A stretch of 64,000 nt of DNA from positions 71 through 64,070 of the forward strand of contig PAPY01000031.1 in the NCBI GenBank assembly GCA_002709565.1. The letters run 5' to 3'. Position 1 is the first letter of the stretch. Each line of letters opens with the position of its first letter. The notes below the pieces were generated by a model. The model was given only the letters and a program-made list of their open reading frames with translations, was not told where the DNA came from and ran no database searches. The translations under genes and the position numbers were made by a program. Below, piece after piece: positions 9,923 through 19,268 of the stretch. The DNA is from Legionellales bacterium. Lineage in GTDB: Bacteria > Pseudomonadota > Gammaproteobacteria > UBA1113.

Positions 9923-11272
9923 ATGAAGCGATACCGGGATAAAGTCATCGATTTATTTCGCAACACAGACAAGTTTAGCCACCAAGCGGCGACGGTCGTA
10001 GGCTGGACGGCTATCTCGCAGATCATCATGTTTCTGGGGATCCCTTTTGTTAGCCGTATCTTCACCCCTGAAGCCTTTGGTGTCTATGCTGTGTATGCAG
10101 CGGTTATTTATATCCTTAACGGTGTTGTTTCTTTGGGCTGTGAGTTATTGATCCCCAACCCAAGTTCGGATGAAGAAGGCGCGACACTATTTTGGGTATC
10201 AATTATTAATTTATTATTGGTAACCATTGTTATTTCGATCCTGTTGCTGATAAGCAACTATACCGCTGTCTGGGAAACACTTAATTTAACGGCGCTTAGT
10301 CATTATCAATGGCTCATTGTTTTTGGCGCTGTTGCTATTGGTCTCAGGAATTGCTTGCTGTATTGGTTTACTCGAATACGGCGTTTTAACCAGGTAGGTA
10401 AAGCTCGGTTTTTACAAGCTCCAGTTATTGTCTTTGTTCAGGTTGGGGTTGGTTATTTATATCCACACCCAGATGTATTAATCATTGGTGGCGTATTGAG
10501 TTGGTTAATATCCGATATTTATCTGCTCATGAAGTTAGACGGTGAGCAACGAAAGTTATTGCGTCAAGGACAAGCAACACAATATTTCAGTGTGCTGCAA
10601 TCCAATAAGGCTTTTTTTAGCCATACAACGTCATCGTTATTCTTATTGAATTTATCGAACTATCTCCCGACCATACTTTTTGCGATAAGCTTTGACCCCG
10701 CTGTGGCAGCCCTTTATGCATTAGCTTACCAAGCTTTTAGCCCATTAGATTTGATCAGTAATGCGATTATTCAACTTTATATTGGTGAGGGTAATCGGAT
10801 TGTGCGTAACCACCCCCTTCAACTAAAAACATTCTACAAGAAAATGCTAGTGGGACTCAGTTTGATTACTATCGTTCCGATTACCATTGCTGCAATTTGG
10901 GGTGGGCCGATATTCGGTTTTGTCTTTGGTGCCAAATGGTATCATGCGGGTGTCTATGCCCAAATCATGGCCTTCGCGATGATGATGCGTTTTGTGGTGA
11001 TAGCTGCTTCACAGAATTTGGCAGTGCTCAAAAAGCAAGGTTTGAATTTGGCCTGGAGCAGTATCTATATAGTACTGATCCTGGCAGCATTTATTCCAGC
11101 GAACCTATTAGCCGGATTCACCAAAGCAGAATACACGATTGTATTATTATCATGCATGATGATGCTATCTTATTTTATCTTAGTACTATTAAATTTTGGC
11201 GTTATTCACCGACAGATCCCAAATTATGTCGGTTCTAATAACAATGGCTTTAGAGAACAAGCGGAAAGTTAA
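9923..11272 (+). CDS. wzx: Wzx-type oligosaccharide flippase
   Basis: About 12 hydrophobic segments; SRIFTPEAFG and VFGAKW patterns. Confidence 0.8.
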   Translation: MKRYRDKVIDLFRNTDKFSHQAATVVGWTAISQIIMFLGIPFVSRIFTPEAFGVYAVYAAVIYILNGVVSLGCELLIPNPSSDEEGATLFWVSIINLLLVTIVISILLLISNYTAVWETLNLTALSHYQWLIVFGAVAIGLRNCLLYWFTRIRRFNQVGKARFLQAPVIVFVQVGVGYLYPHPDVLIIGGVLSWLISDIYLLMKLDGEQRKLLRQGQATQYFSVLQSNKAFFSHTTSSLFLLNLSNYLPTILFAISFDPAVAALYALAYQAFSPLDLISNAIIQLYIGEGNRIVRNHPLQLKTFYKKMLVGLSLITIVPITIAAIWGGPIFGFVFGAKWYHAGVYAQIMAFAMMMRFVVIAASQNLAVLKKQGLNLAWSSIYIVLILAAFIPANLLAGFTKAEYTIVLLSCMMMLSYFILVLLNFGVIHRQIPNYVGSNNNGFREQAES

Positions 11273-11278
11273 ACGACA

Positions 11279-14269
11279 ATGATTGAGACATCCTATTACC
11301 CTATTTTATTAATTTTACTCCAGTGTATTTTTACCTTTATTTTAAGCCCACTTAGCGTGTATGCTTGGGCTTGTCAATTTCTCAGGCTGAAGTCAGATCA
11401 AGACAAGCAACGGTTTTTCTTATTAAGCCTAGGAACGGGACCATTATTGATTGTTTGGCTGTTAGTCATGCTGATGTATTTTGTTCCGGGTCTTTCGGCT
11501 TGGGGCTATATTGTGGCAATAAATATTATTTTTATTCTGCCACTGGTCTTTTTATATCGTTATATGATGGATTTTATGTCCTATTTGCGACGTTTTTTTG
11601 CCGGACTGTTTGGAGACATCCGCGAGAATAAACTTTACCTATTGCTTTATAGCTGTGCCTTGATCGTTATTGCAGGCATGTTTTTTGCGAGTATCTTTTT
11701 ACCATTTACCGCAAATGATCCTATTGAATATGCGGTTACAGCAAAGATTTTTTATCAACATATGTCGGTAGGCATGTACCCTATCGTTAATGGTGAAGCA
11801 TTTGGTGGATTCATTGCACCATATACGCATCCCTTGGCCTATGCAGGCTCTCTCTTATGGATGTATTTAATTCAAGGAACCGCTGATCATTTCGGTCTAG
11901 CACGAATTATTTCTCCGTTTTTTGCCTTGATAACATTTATCACGATTGTTGGCTTACTACGACCAAAGAACAAAACAATAGCAATTGTTGCAGGTCTTTT
12001 TTATTTAGCAACACCAACTTTGCTGCATGGTTTTATTCAACATCAAATTGAGGCTGTAAGACTATATGGCTTTTTTGCCTTCTTCATGGTTGTGCCGTAC
12101 CTAATAATGAGGCCCCAGTGGCGGTCTGGCATAGTTACTGGGATTTTTTTAGGAATATGTTTATTCACCCACTCTCTTGGTCTATTGGCTATTCCAATAT
12201 TTCTTGTTATCTATTTCCTCCATGCCCAGGATGTATCCTTGTGGACGAAATTACGTAACTGCGCGATTCTGATCAGCGTAGGTTTAATATTTGTTCTGTT
12301 GCGCTACAGTATTAATTTCTCGGTATTTGGCGGATTAATTCAGGATAGTACATCGGTTAGAGAGATCCCATCATTATTTTACAACCAAATTAATGAAATT
12401 AACCAAGGTATTGCGACAACTAAACAAAAATGGCTGAATGGTTTCTTGCCGTTGTTTACGGGTTATATCTGGTATGGTTTATGTTATGCCATATTGCCTT
12501 TTGGGTTACTGCTAGTAAACAAATCATTTTTAAAGACGTTATGGCGTAATAAAGGCCTCAAGTTTGACAATCACGAAGATGTAACTGTTGCAGTCTCTGT
12601 CTTGGTTGCACTGGGCTATGTCAGTATGATCATCTTCTCTATTATAATCGGCCGAACGGATTTCATTATTAATTTCCGTTATATGTTGACAGCACAACCG
12701 CTTGCGGCAATTGCTGCAAGTTGGATTTTGGTCGTCCTTTGTAGACGCTATTTTACAAAGAACTGGCGCAAAATAATTGCTTGCTTCACCCTACTAAGCT
12801 TATTCTTCGCAACGCCTCTCGTCGGTGCAGATGTGAAGTCGGTTAATTTAACGCCGCACACCTTACTCGATGATGATTTTGCAAAGGCAGCTTATGGCAT
12901 GCCACTCTATCAGTTGTTGCGTGAATACAATCATGTTGCCACAGCAAATGATAAATTGCTTTCATTTACGAATGGCCAAACAGCATATTTTGCTAACACG
13001 CCCTTTGTTTATCGTACTGATGAAAGACTGGTGCCCTTGTATACAGCACGCACAAAAAGTGATGTGCTTAATTTTCTGCATGATTTAGGCGTGACCTATA
13101 TCCTGGTGCCAAGTTATGGCCAAATTTATATTACGCAGTCAAAGTTACAAGATTTATTAGCGGATCCAGCTTATAGCGAATTGGTAGCTGCCAGTAAAGG
13201 TGGGCAGTTATATCGTCTTCATTTTAAACCGTTGGCTTATATGACTAAATTGGTCCCATTAGTTAATTCCAACTTCGAGATGTTTAATGGCCGCCATGAG
13301 CCGCTAGGCTGGACGGCTGAGGATCTTGGAAATATTTCACAAGATATATCGGGCGGTTTATTTTTATCACATCCATCAGACTTTCTGAGACAGAGTAGCA
13401 CCCTTCATAGCATTTCTACAAAGCCGACTGTAGGATGTTCGCCGTTGAGTAATGCTGTTATCGCTTCAGGCAAACGCTATCACTTGTCTGCTAGTATTAA
13501 TGGATTAGGAATGCTAAATTTTGGCAATCAGTTTTATCATAAATCAGGTTACTCTCAGAGCATTCAATCTATCCCTTCCTTCACGCTACGGAATGATAGC
13601 AAGATGAAGCCACTATTATTCCAGTTTGCTACTGATCCAAGCCCTTATCACTATGATTTTTCCTTGTCATTCATGGGTCCAGGAAAGATCCTTTTAAAAA
13701 ATATTAAACTTGAGGAAATAACGTATGTTGACGAGTCGCATAATTACTTTAATGACCCTCAAAAGCAAGCACTAATAGATCGAGGCTGGGGGCTTTATCA
13801 AAGGAATTTAATTCATGCTGCACTAGTACCAGTAGTATCGACGCTTAAAAATAATAATGCCAATACAATATATCAGTGGTTTAGCCATTGGTCAGCAGTA
13901 TCTAAAAATGATCATAATTTTATTACAATTTTTCCTGAAGATAGCCAGAAATATTTTATTACTACGCCGCCCATAGCGTTATCTTACCCTGAAGTGAATA
14001 TTCATAAGGTGTTAATCTTGCGGGGGGAAGGTATTGTTCGTGTGCGATGGTATGGTAGATTAGCCAACGAACACAGCAAACCTATCTCAGCAACGTCGAT
14101 AGTTGCATTAAGCAACGAGGACATTCATATAGACTTTAGTTTGTCAGCAGAGCAGCAACAAAACCTAGAAAATGAATATCCGACACTGAGGGAGATATAC
14201 GTACAATTAGAATACATACGACCCTCCCATAATAAGCCAGGAGAATTCATGGTTGCTTCGGCAAAATAA
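11279..14269 (+). CDS. Large polytopic membrane protein, GT-C (ArnT/PMT-like) glycosyltransferase candidate with a soluble C-terminal region
   Basis: Many TM helices in the first ~520 aa, loop motif ANDPIEY...THP, RYML, LGVTYILV, then a ~450 aa soluble tail. Confidence 0.55.
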   Translation: MIETSYYPILLILLQCIFTFILSPLSVYAWACQFLRLKSDQDKQRFFLLSLGTGPLLIVWLLVMLMYFVPGLSAWGYIVAINIIFILPLVFLYRYMMDFMSYLRRFFAGLFGDIRENKLYLLLYSCALIVIAGMFFASIFLPFTANDPIEYAVTAKIFYQHMSVGMYPIVNGEAFGGFIAPYTHPLAYAGSLLWMYLIQGTADHFGLARIISPFFALITFITIVGLLRPKNKTIAIVAGLFYLATPTLLHGFIQHQIEAVRLYGFFAFFMVVPYLIMRPQWRSGIVTGIFLGICLFTHSLGLLAIPIFLVIYFLHAQDVSLWTKLRNCAILISVGLIFVLLRYSINFSVFGGLIQDSTSVREIPSLFYNQINEINQGIATTKQKWLNGFLPLFTGYIWYGLCYAILPFGLLLVNKSFLKTLWRNKGLKFDNHEDVTVAVSVLVALGYVSMIIFSIIIGRTDFIINFRYMLTAQPLAAIAASWILVVLCRRYFTKNWRKIIACFTLLSLFFATPLVGADVKSVNLTPHTLLDDDFAKAAYGMPLYQLLREYNHVATANDKLLSFTNGQTAYFANTPFVYRTDERLVPLYTARTKSDVLNFLHDLGVTYILVPSYGQIYITQSKLQDLLADPAYSELVAASKGGQLYRLHFKPLAYMTKLVPLVNSNFEMFNGRHEPLGWTAEDLGNISQDISGGLFLSHPSDFLRQSSTLHSISTKPTVGCSPLSNAVIASGKRYHLSASINGLGMLNFGNQFYHKSGYSQSIQSIPSFTLRNDSKMKPLLFQFATDPSPYHYDFSLSFMGPGKILLKNIKLEEITYVDESHNYFNDPQKQALIDRGWGLYQRNLIHAALVPVVSTLKNNNANTIYQWFSHWSAVSKNDHNFITIFPEDSQKYFITTPPIALSYPEVNIHKVLILRGEGIVRVRWYGRLANEHSKPISATSIVALSNEDIHIDFSLSAEQQQNLENEYPTLREIYVQLEYIRPSHNKPGEFMVASAK

Positions 14270-14367
14270 TTATTTGTAGGCCGTGGTTAATGATATACTA
14301 AGGCCATTTTAGGAGTCAGCGCTTTTTTTAGTCAGTCAGTGGTTAAAAAAGCTATAGTTAGGAGCCA

Positions 14368-15321
14368 GTGATGTTCAAAAATAAAACAGTTTGTGTGGTG
14401 GTGCCTTGCCACAATGAAGAAACCCAGATTGGTAAAGTGATAACCACTATGCCGGACTATGTTGATAATATCATCATTGTTAACGATGCCAGCCAGGACA
14501 AAACCTCTGATGTCGTCAGATCATATCAGGCGAATCATCCTCGGGTCACTCTGATAGAACATGAGCAGAATCAAGGTGTTGGTGGTGCTATTGCCACTGG
14601 CTATAAGTGGGCGCGGGACAATGAAGTGGATGTAGCCGTAGTAATGGCCGGCGATGGACAAATGGATCCCGTCGATTTGCCAGCAATTCTGGAGCCGGTG
14701 GTAACGGGTGAAGCAGATTACTCTAAGGCAAATCGCTTAACTACCGGTGAATCCTACAAGAATATTCCGAAAGTTCGCTATTTTGGTAATTCAGCTTTAA
14801 CCTTACTGACTAAAATTGTTTCCGGTTATTGGCATGTGACAGACTCACAAACAGGCTACACCGCAATCAACAAAGAAGCGTTACATACCATTGATTGGGA
14901 CAACATGTACAAACGCTACGGGCAGCCTAATGACTTGCTGGTGCGTTTGAATGTCTATAACTTCAAGGTCAAAGATGTTAAGACCCATCCCGTTTATAAT
15001 GTGGGTGAGTACTCAGGTATCAAAGTTCGCAAAGTAATTTTTTCCATTGGTTGGTTGTTGGTAAAACTGTTCTTCTGGCGTATGAAAGAAAAATACATTA
15101 TCCGTGATTTCCACCCATTGGTATTTTTCTATGTGCTCGGATTATTATTGGCAGTGGTTAGCCTAGGCTTCGGTGTTGATTTAATATTTCGTTGGATCAA
15201 AGACGGCTATGTACCGCAAATGACGGCGCTAGCGTTAATGTTTACGACCATTACTGGGTTGCAGTCAGGCTTTTTCGCCATGTGGATGGACTCAGATTAT
15301 AACCGTGATTTGCAGCGGTAA
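14368..15321 (+). CDS. GT2 polyprenol-phosphate glycosyltransferase-like protein
   Basis: VVPCHNEE, NDASQD, AGDGQMDP and DSQTGY; two C-terminal TM helices; AGGAG RBS. Confidence 0.88.
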   Translation: MMFKNKTVCVVVPCHNEETQIGKVITTMPDYVDNIIIVNDASQDKTSDVVRSYQANHPRVTLIEHEQNQGVGGAIATGYKWARDNEVDVAVVMAGDGQMDPVDLPAILEPVVTGEADYSKANRLTTGESYKNIPKVRYFGNSALTLLTKIVSGYWHVTDSQTGYTAINKEALHTIDWDNMYKRYGQPNDLLVRLNVYNFKVKDVKTHPVYNVGEYSGIKVRKVIFSIGWLLVKLFFWRMKEKYIIRDFHPLVFFYVLGLLLAVVSLGFGVDLIFRWIKDGYVPQMTALALMFTTITGLQSGFFAMWMDSDYNRDLQR

Positions 15322-15326
15322 TAGCT

Positions 15327-17294
15327 ATGTGCGGTATTGCGGGAATAATTGGCCTTAATCATCAGGGATTCCATGGGGCATCTGCTATTGCGGCAATGGC
15401 AACAGCAATGCGTCATCGCGGACCTGATGATGAAGGGTATATTATTACTCAGCAATCCCAACAACCTGTCGGCGTTCTCTATGGCAATGAAACCGCATCC
15501 ACTAATGACATACCCGATGCATATCGGCCAACAGATTCTATTACGACTAAAAATAATCAATTAGCCGATGCTTTTTTTGCCCATCGCCGTTTATCGATTG
15601 TTGATCTGCATGGTACTGGCCACCAACCCATGAGTGATAGTTCAGGGCGCTATTGGATTGTGTATAACGGTGAAGTTTACAATTACGGTGAATTAGCTGA
15701 TAGTTTAAGAGCTGAAGGTGTGACGCTCTATTCTAACTGTGATACGGAGGTTGTCCTACATGCCTATTTGCGCTGGGGTGAGCAAGCGCTACAAATGTTT
15801 AATGGCATGTTTGCCTTTGCTATTTGGGACAATGAGGCCAAGACAGTATTTTTTGCCAGAGACAGAATTGGTATCAAACCTCTTTTCTATACCATTAACG
15901 ATAATAAGTTTATTTTTGCGTCTGATATTAAGACCATCATTGCGTCGGGATATTATCATGCTGACTTGGACATTCAAGGCTTGTATCATGCCATGAGCTA
16001 TGGGGCGGCACCCCGGCCCATGACCACCTTCAAAAACGTCAAGTCTCTCGAAGCAGGCCATTGGCTTAAGCTTACCCCAGCAACAGGGCAATACACAATT
16101 CAACAATACTGGGATATACCGATTAACCAGGTTGATAACTCGCTGAGTGAAGCACAGGCTGTGGCTTTATTAGATGAAGCATTACATGAATCAATTAAAT
16201 ACCGCCTTCACAGTGATGTGCCTGTGGGAACCTTTATGAGCGGTGGCATTGATTCAACGACAGTATCAGCAATCGCTGCCGAACATCATCCCCACATCAA
16301 AGCCTTTACTCTTGGCTATTCAGGCAAACAGGCTGAAGCGTTCAATGAGCTTGAACAAGCGAAAGCGACAGCCAGTATGTATGATATCGATCATATCATT
16401 TCGATTGTTGAGCCAGAGTCCGTGCTAAATTATATTGATGAAACAGTGGCATCCTACGAAGAGCCCTTCTTCTCATTATCACCGAATTATATTATTTCTA
16501 AGCTTGTAGCGGACAATAATGTCAAAGTAGTATTGAATGGCCTCGGTGGTGATGAATTATTTGCGGGTTATCAAACCTTTCATATTGCCAAGTACCATCG
16601 CTTCTTGAAGTTACTCTATCCGCTCTTGAAATGTGCGAAGATGGCATATCCGCGTTTAGAGCGGACCATGGATCTCAAGGCTATGCGCGGCGTTGGCGAC
16701 CTGCATGGTGCCTTAATGAATAATATGTCATCTTTCCAAAAGAACAAACTATTTAACGTAGGCTCAGTGCAGGGCTTATGTTCCCTTGAGACCATCCGTG
16801 ATCTTTATATTCCTCAAGACAAAACATTTGGCAGTCATATTGAAGCCATGTGTTATATGTATGTAAAAAATTATATTGGTAATCATCATACTTATCGCGT
16901 CGACCAATTTACCATGGCGTTTTCCATTGAAGGGCGATTCCCATTTCTCGATCATAATTTTGTTGAGCTTGCCTTTAAGATCCCAGCCAGGCTTAAGATG
17001 CAAGGCCATGTTGGTAAATATATTTTACGACAACTAGCCCAGAAATATATTCATCCATCGTGCCTTAAAATGAGCAAAAAAGGCTTTGATTTACCGATGG
17101 ATTATTGGATCCACAATACATTGCATGATTTTGTTCATGATAAGCTTAGCTCGCTTTCAAATCGAGATTTATTTAATGGCAAGTTTATCCATAAAGTAGC
17201 CAAAAATTATCAACGTAAGCTGACGGATGACTATACATTATGGCAACTCGTTGGCGTTGAGCTATGGCTCGAGAAATTTATAGATACTAATTGA
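15327..17294 (+). CDS. asnB: Asparagine synthase-like glutamine amidotransferase (second copy)
   Basis: MCGI, HRGPD, HRRLSI, RDRIGIKPL, SGGIDS, GGDELF. Confidence 0.9.
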   Translation: MCGIAGIIGLNHQGFHGASAIAAMATAMRHRGPDDEGYIITQQSQQPVGVLYGNETASTNDIPDAYRPTDSITTKNNQLADAFFAHRRLSIVDLHGTGHQPMSDSSGRYWIVYNGEVYNYGELADSLRAEGVTLYSNCDTEVVLHAYLRWGEQALQMFNGMFAFAIWDNEAKTVFFARDRIGIKPLFYTINDNKFIFASDIKTIIASGYYHADLDIQGLYHAMSYGAAPRPMTTFKNVKSLEAGHWLKLTPATGQYTIQQYWDIPINQVDNSLSEAQAVALLDEALHESIKYRLHSDVPVGTFMSGGIDSTTVSAIAAEHHPHIKAFTLGYSGKQAEAFNELEQAKATASMYDIDHIISIVEPESVLNYIDETVASYEEPFFSLSPNYIISKLVADNNVKVVLNGLGGDELFAGYQTFHIAKYHRFLKLLYPLLKCAKMAYPRLERTMDLKAMRGVGDLHGALMNNMSSFQKNKLFNVGSVQGLCSLETIRDLYIPQDKTFGSHIEAMCYMYVKNYIGNHHTYRVDQFTMAFSIEGRFPFLDHNFVELAFKIPARLKMQGHVGKYILRQLAQKYIHPSCLKMSKKGFDLPMDYWIHNTLHDFVHDKLSSLSNRDLFNGKFIHKVAKNYQRKLTDDYTLWQLVGVELWLEKFIDTN

Positions 17295-17301
17295 GGTAGT
17301 T

Positions 17302-19248
17302 ATGTGTGGAATTTTTGGTATCATCATCGGCAACAAAGCCAATTTTGATGAGTCACAATTAACGAAACTTTGGCAGAAACTGTTTTTGCTCTCTGAATCC
17401 CGCGGCAAAGAAGCAGCAGGGGTTTGTCTGCGTTCAGACCATATTGACGTCTATAAAGCCGCTAGTTCGGCTAAAGACCTACTCAAAAGCAAAGAATATA
17501 GGCTCTTATTTAATAAAGCCCTTAGCAGTAGTTATAAAGATGGCCGCATAGCAACCCCGCTCTGTTTATTTGGTCATTCGCGTCTGGTAACTAACGGCGT
17601 GCAAGGTATAAATGAAAACAACCAGCCTATTATTAGAGATGGTATCGTCACTGTGCATAACGGTATTGTTGTGAATATTGATGCTCTCTGGGATAAATAT
17701 AAAGATGAGACGAGCTCATTAACTCACCTGGACTCTGAAATTATCTGTTATTTATTACGAAAATACCTCAATGAAACGAATGACTTAACGACTGCAGTGC
17801 AAAAGACCTATGCTGAAATAGTTGGTATGACATCCATTGCTTGTGTATTCAACGATATGCCTTATTTATTATTAGCCACCAACAATGGTTCTTTGTATAT
17901 CTATAACGATATCGAAAATGATATTTTGTTTTTTGCCTCTGAGAAATTCATTATTGATACGATTGTCAAGCAGTTTCCAGAACAGTTATCTCCTACCCAC
18001 GTACAACAGTTAGCAGCGAATCAAGCTTGTGTTATTAACACAAACTCACTTGAGGCAAGTTTTTTCTCCGTCGAGCAATCTGAACACAAGGCTTTTGCTC
18101 CTGAGATATTAATACCAGTGAGTCAGGTCTTTGATACGTCTTATGAAGCAGAGACAGCCCGCGATAATATGCGCCGTTGTAGTAAATGTATTTTGCCTGA
18201 GACGATGCCGATGATTCAATTTGATGATGAGGGTGTTTGTCAATTTTGTCGTTATCACCAAAAAACCCAGCAACTTGGTCTTTCTGCATTACAAGAGCGA
18301 GTCGAGCCGTTTCGAAATTTCAATGGTCGTCCTGATTGCATTGTTGCCTTTAGTGGTGGACGGGATAGTTCCTACGGCTTGCATTATATAGTCACTGAAC
18401 TTGGTATGAAGCCTGTGGCTTATACCTATGACTGGGGCATGGTGACGGATCTTGCCCGCCGCAATCAGTCGCGCTTATGTGCAAAATTAGGCATAGAGCA
18501 TATTCTTGTTTCCGCAGATATCACCAAAAAACGTAAATATATCCGTAAAAATGTGCTTGCCTGGTTAAAGAAACCGGAGTTGGGTATGGTGCCATTGTTC
18601 ATGGCTGGCGATAAGCAATATATTACTTACCCCGTTGAAATTCGCCAGAAGACGGATACTGAATTAGTATTTTTTTGTGCTAACCAGTTCGAAAAAACCG
18701 GCTTTAAAACAGGCTTTTGTGGTTTAGATGAAGCGGGCAAATGGTATTTTCAGATGTCTCGCAAAGATAAGTTAAAGATTTTCACCTACTATCTCAAACA
18801 ATTTATGCGCAACCCAGCTTACATCAACGCCTCAATGCTCGATAGCGCCGTTGGATTTTATGCCTCATTCATGGTGGATAGAAGTAATTATCTGCAGTTC
18901 TTTAATTATATTCCATGGGACGAAAAGGTCATGACCGAGACATTGCGCCGTGAATATGATTGGGAATTTGCCGGTGATACTGATTCAAGTTGGCGTATTG
19001 GTGATGGCACAGCCGCGTTTTATAACTACATCTATTATACGATCGCAGGCTTTAGCGAAAATGACACATTCCGAAGTAACCAAATCCGTGATGGTCTTAT
19101 TACCCGAGAGGATGGCTTGCGTATGGCGAAGCAAGATAATACCCCGCGTTACGAGTCAATCCAGGAATATGCCAATATTATTGGTTTTGATTGCAGTGAA
19201 GCTCTAAAAATCATTAACGCTGTGCCTAAGTTGTATATGGGCTTGTAA
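17302..19248 (+). CDS. Class II glutamine amidotransferase fused to an N-acetyl-sugar amidotransferase (WbuX/PseA-like PP-loop) domain
   Basis: N-terminal MCGIFG, GHSRL, HNG; C-terminal CxxC..CxxC and SGGRDSS. Confidence 0.75.
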   Translation: MCGIFGIIIGNKANFDESQLTKLWQKLFLLSESRGKEAAGVCLRSDHIDVYKAASSAKDLLKSKEYRLLFNKALSSSYKDGRIATPLCLFGHSRLVTNGVQGINENNQPIIRDGIVTVHNGIVVNIDALWDKYKDETSSLTHLDSEIICYLLRKYLNETNDLTTAVQKTYAEIVGMTSIACVFNDMPYLLLATNNGSLYIYNDIENDILFFASEKFIIDTIVKQFPEQLSPTHVQQLAANQACVINTNSLEASFFSVEQSEHKAFAPEILIPVSQVFDTSYEAETARDNMRRCSKCILPETMPMIQFDDEGVCQFCRYHQKTQQLGLSALQERVEPFRNFNGRPDCIVAFSGGRDSSYGLHYIVTELGMKPVAYTYDWGMVTDLARRNQSRLCAKLGIEHILVSADITKKRKYIRKNVLAWLKKPELGMVPLFMAGDKQYITYPVEIRQKTDTELVFFCANQFEKTGFKTGFCGLDEAGKWYFQMSRKDKLKIFTYYLKQFMRNPAYINASMLDSAVGFYASFMVDRSNYLQFFNYIPWDEKVMTETLRREYDWEFAGDTDSSWRIGDGTAAFYNYIYYTIAGFSENDTFRSNQIRDGLITREDGLRMAKQDNTPRYESIQEYANIIGFDCSEALKIINAVPKLYMGL

Positions 19249-19268
19249 AGCCATAGCAAAGCTCTGGG

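Noticed and set aside
14321..14352. gcttttttta..taaaaaagc hairpin as a terminator
   Set aside because: AT-only stem with no U-tract after it; function unsupported.
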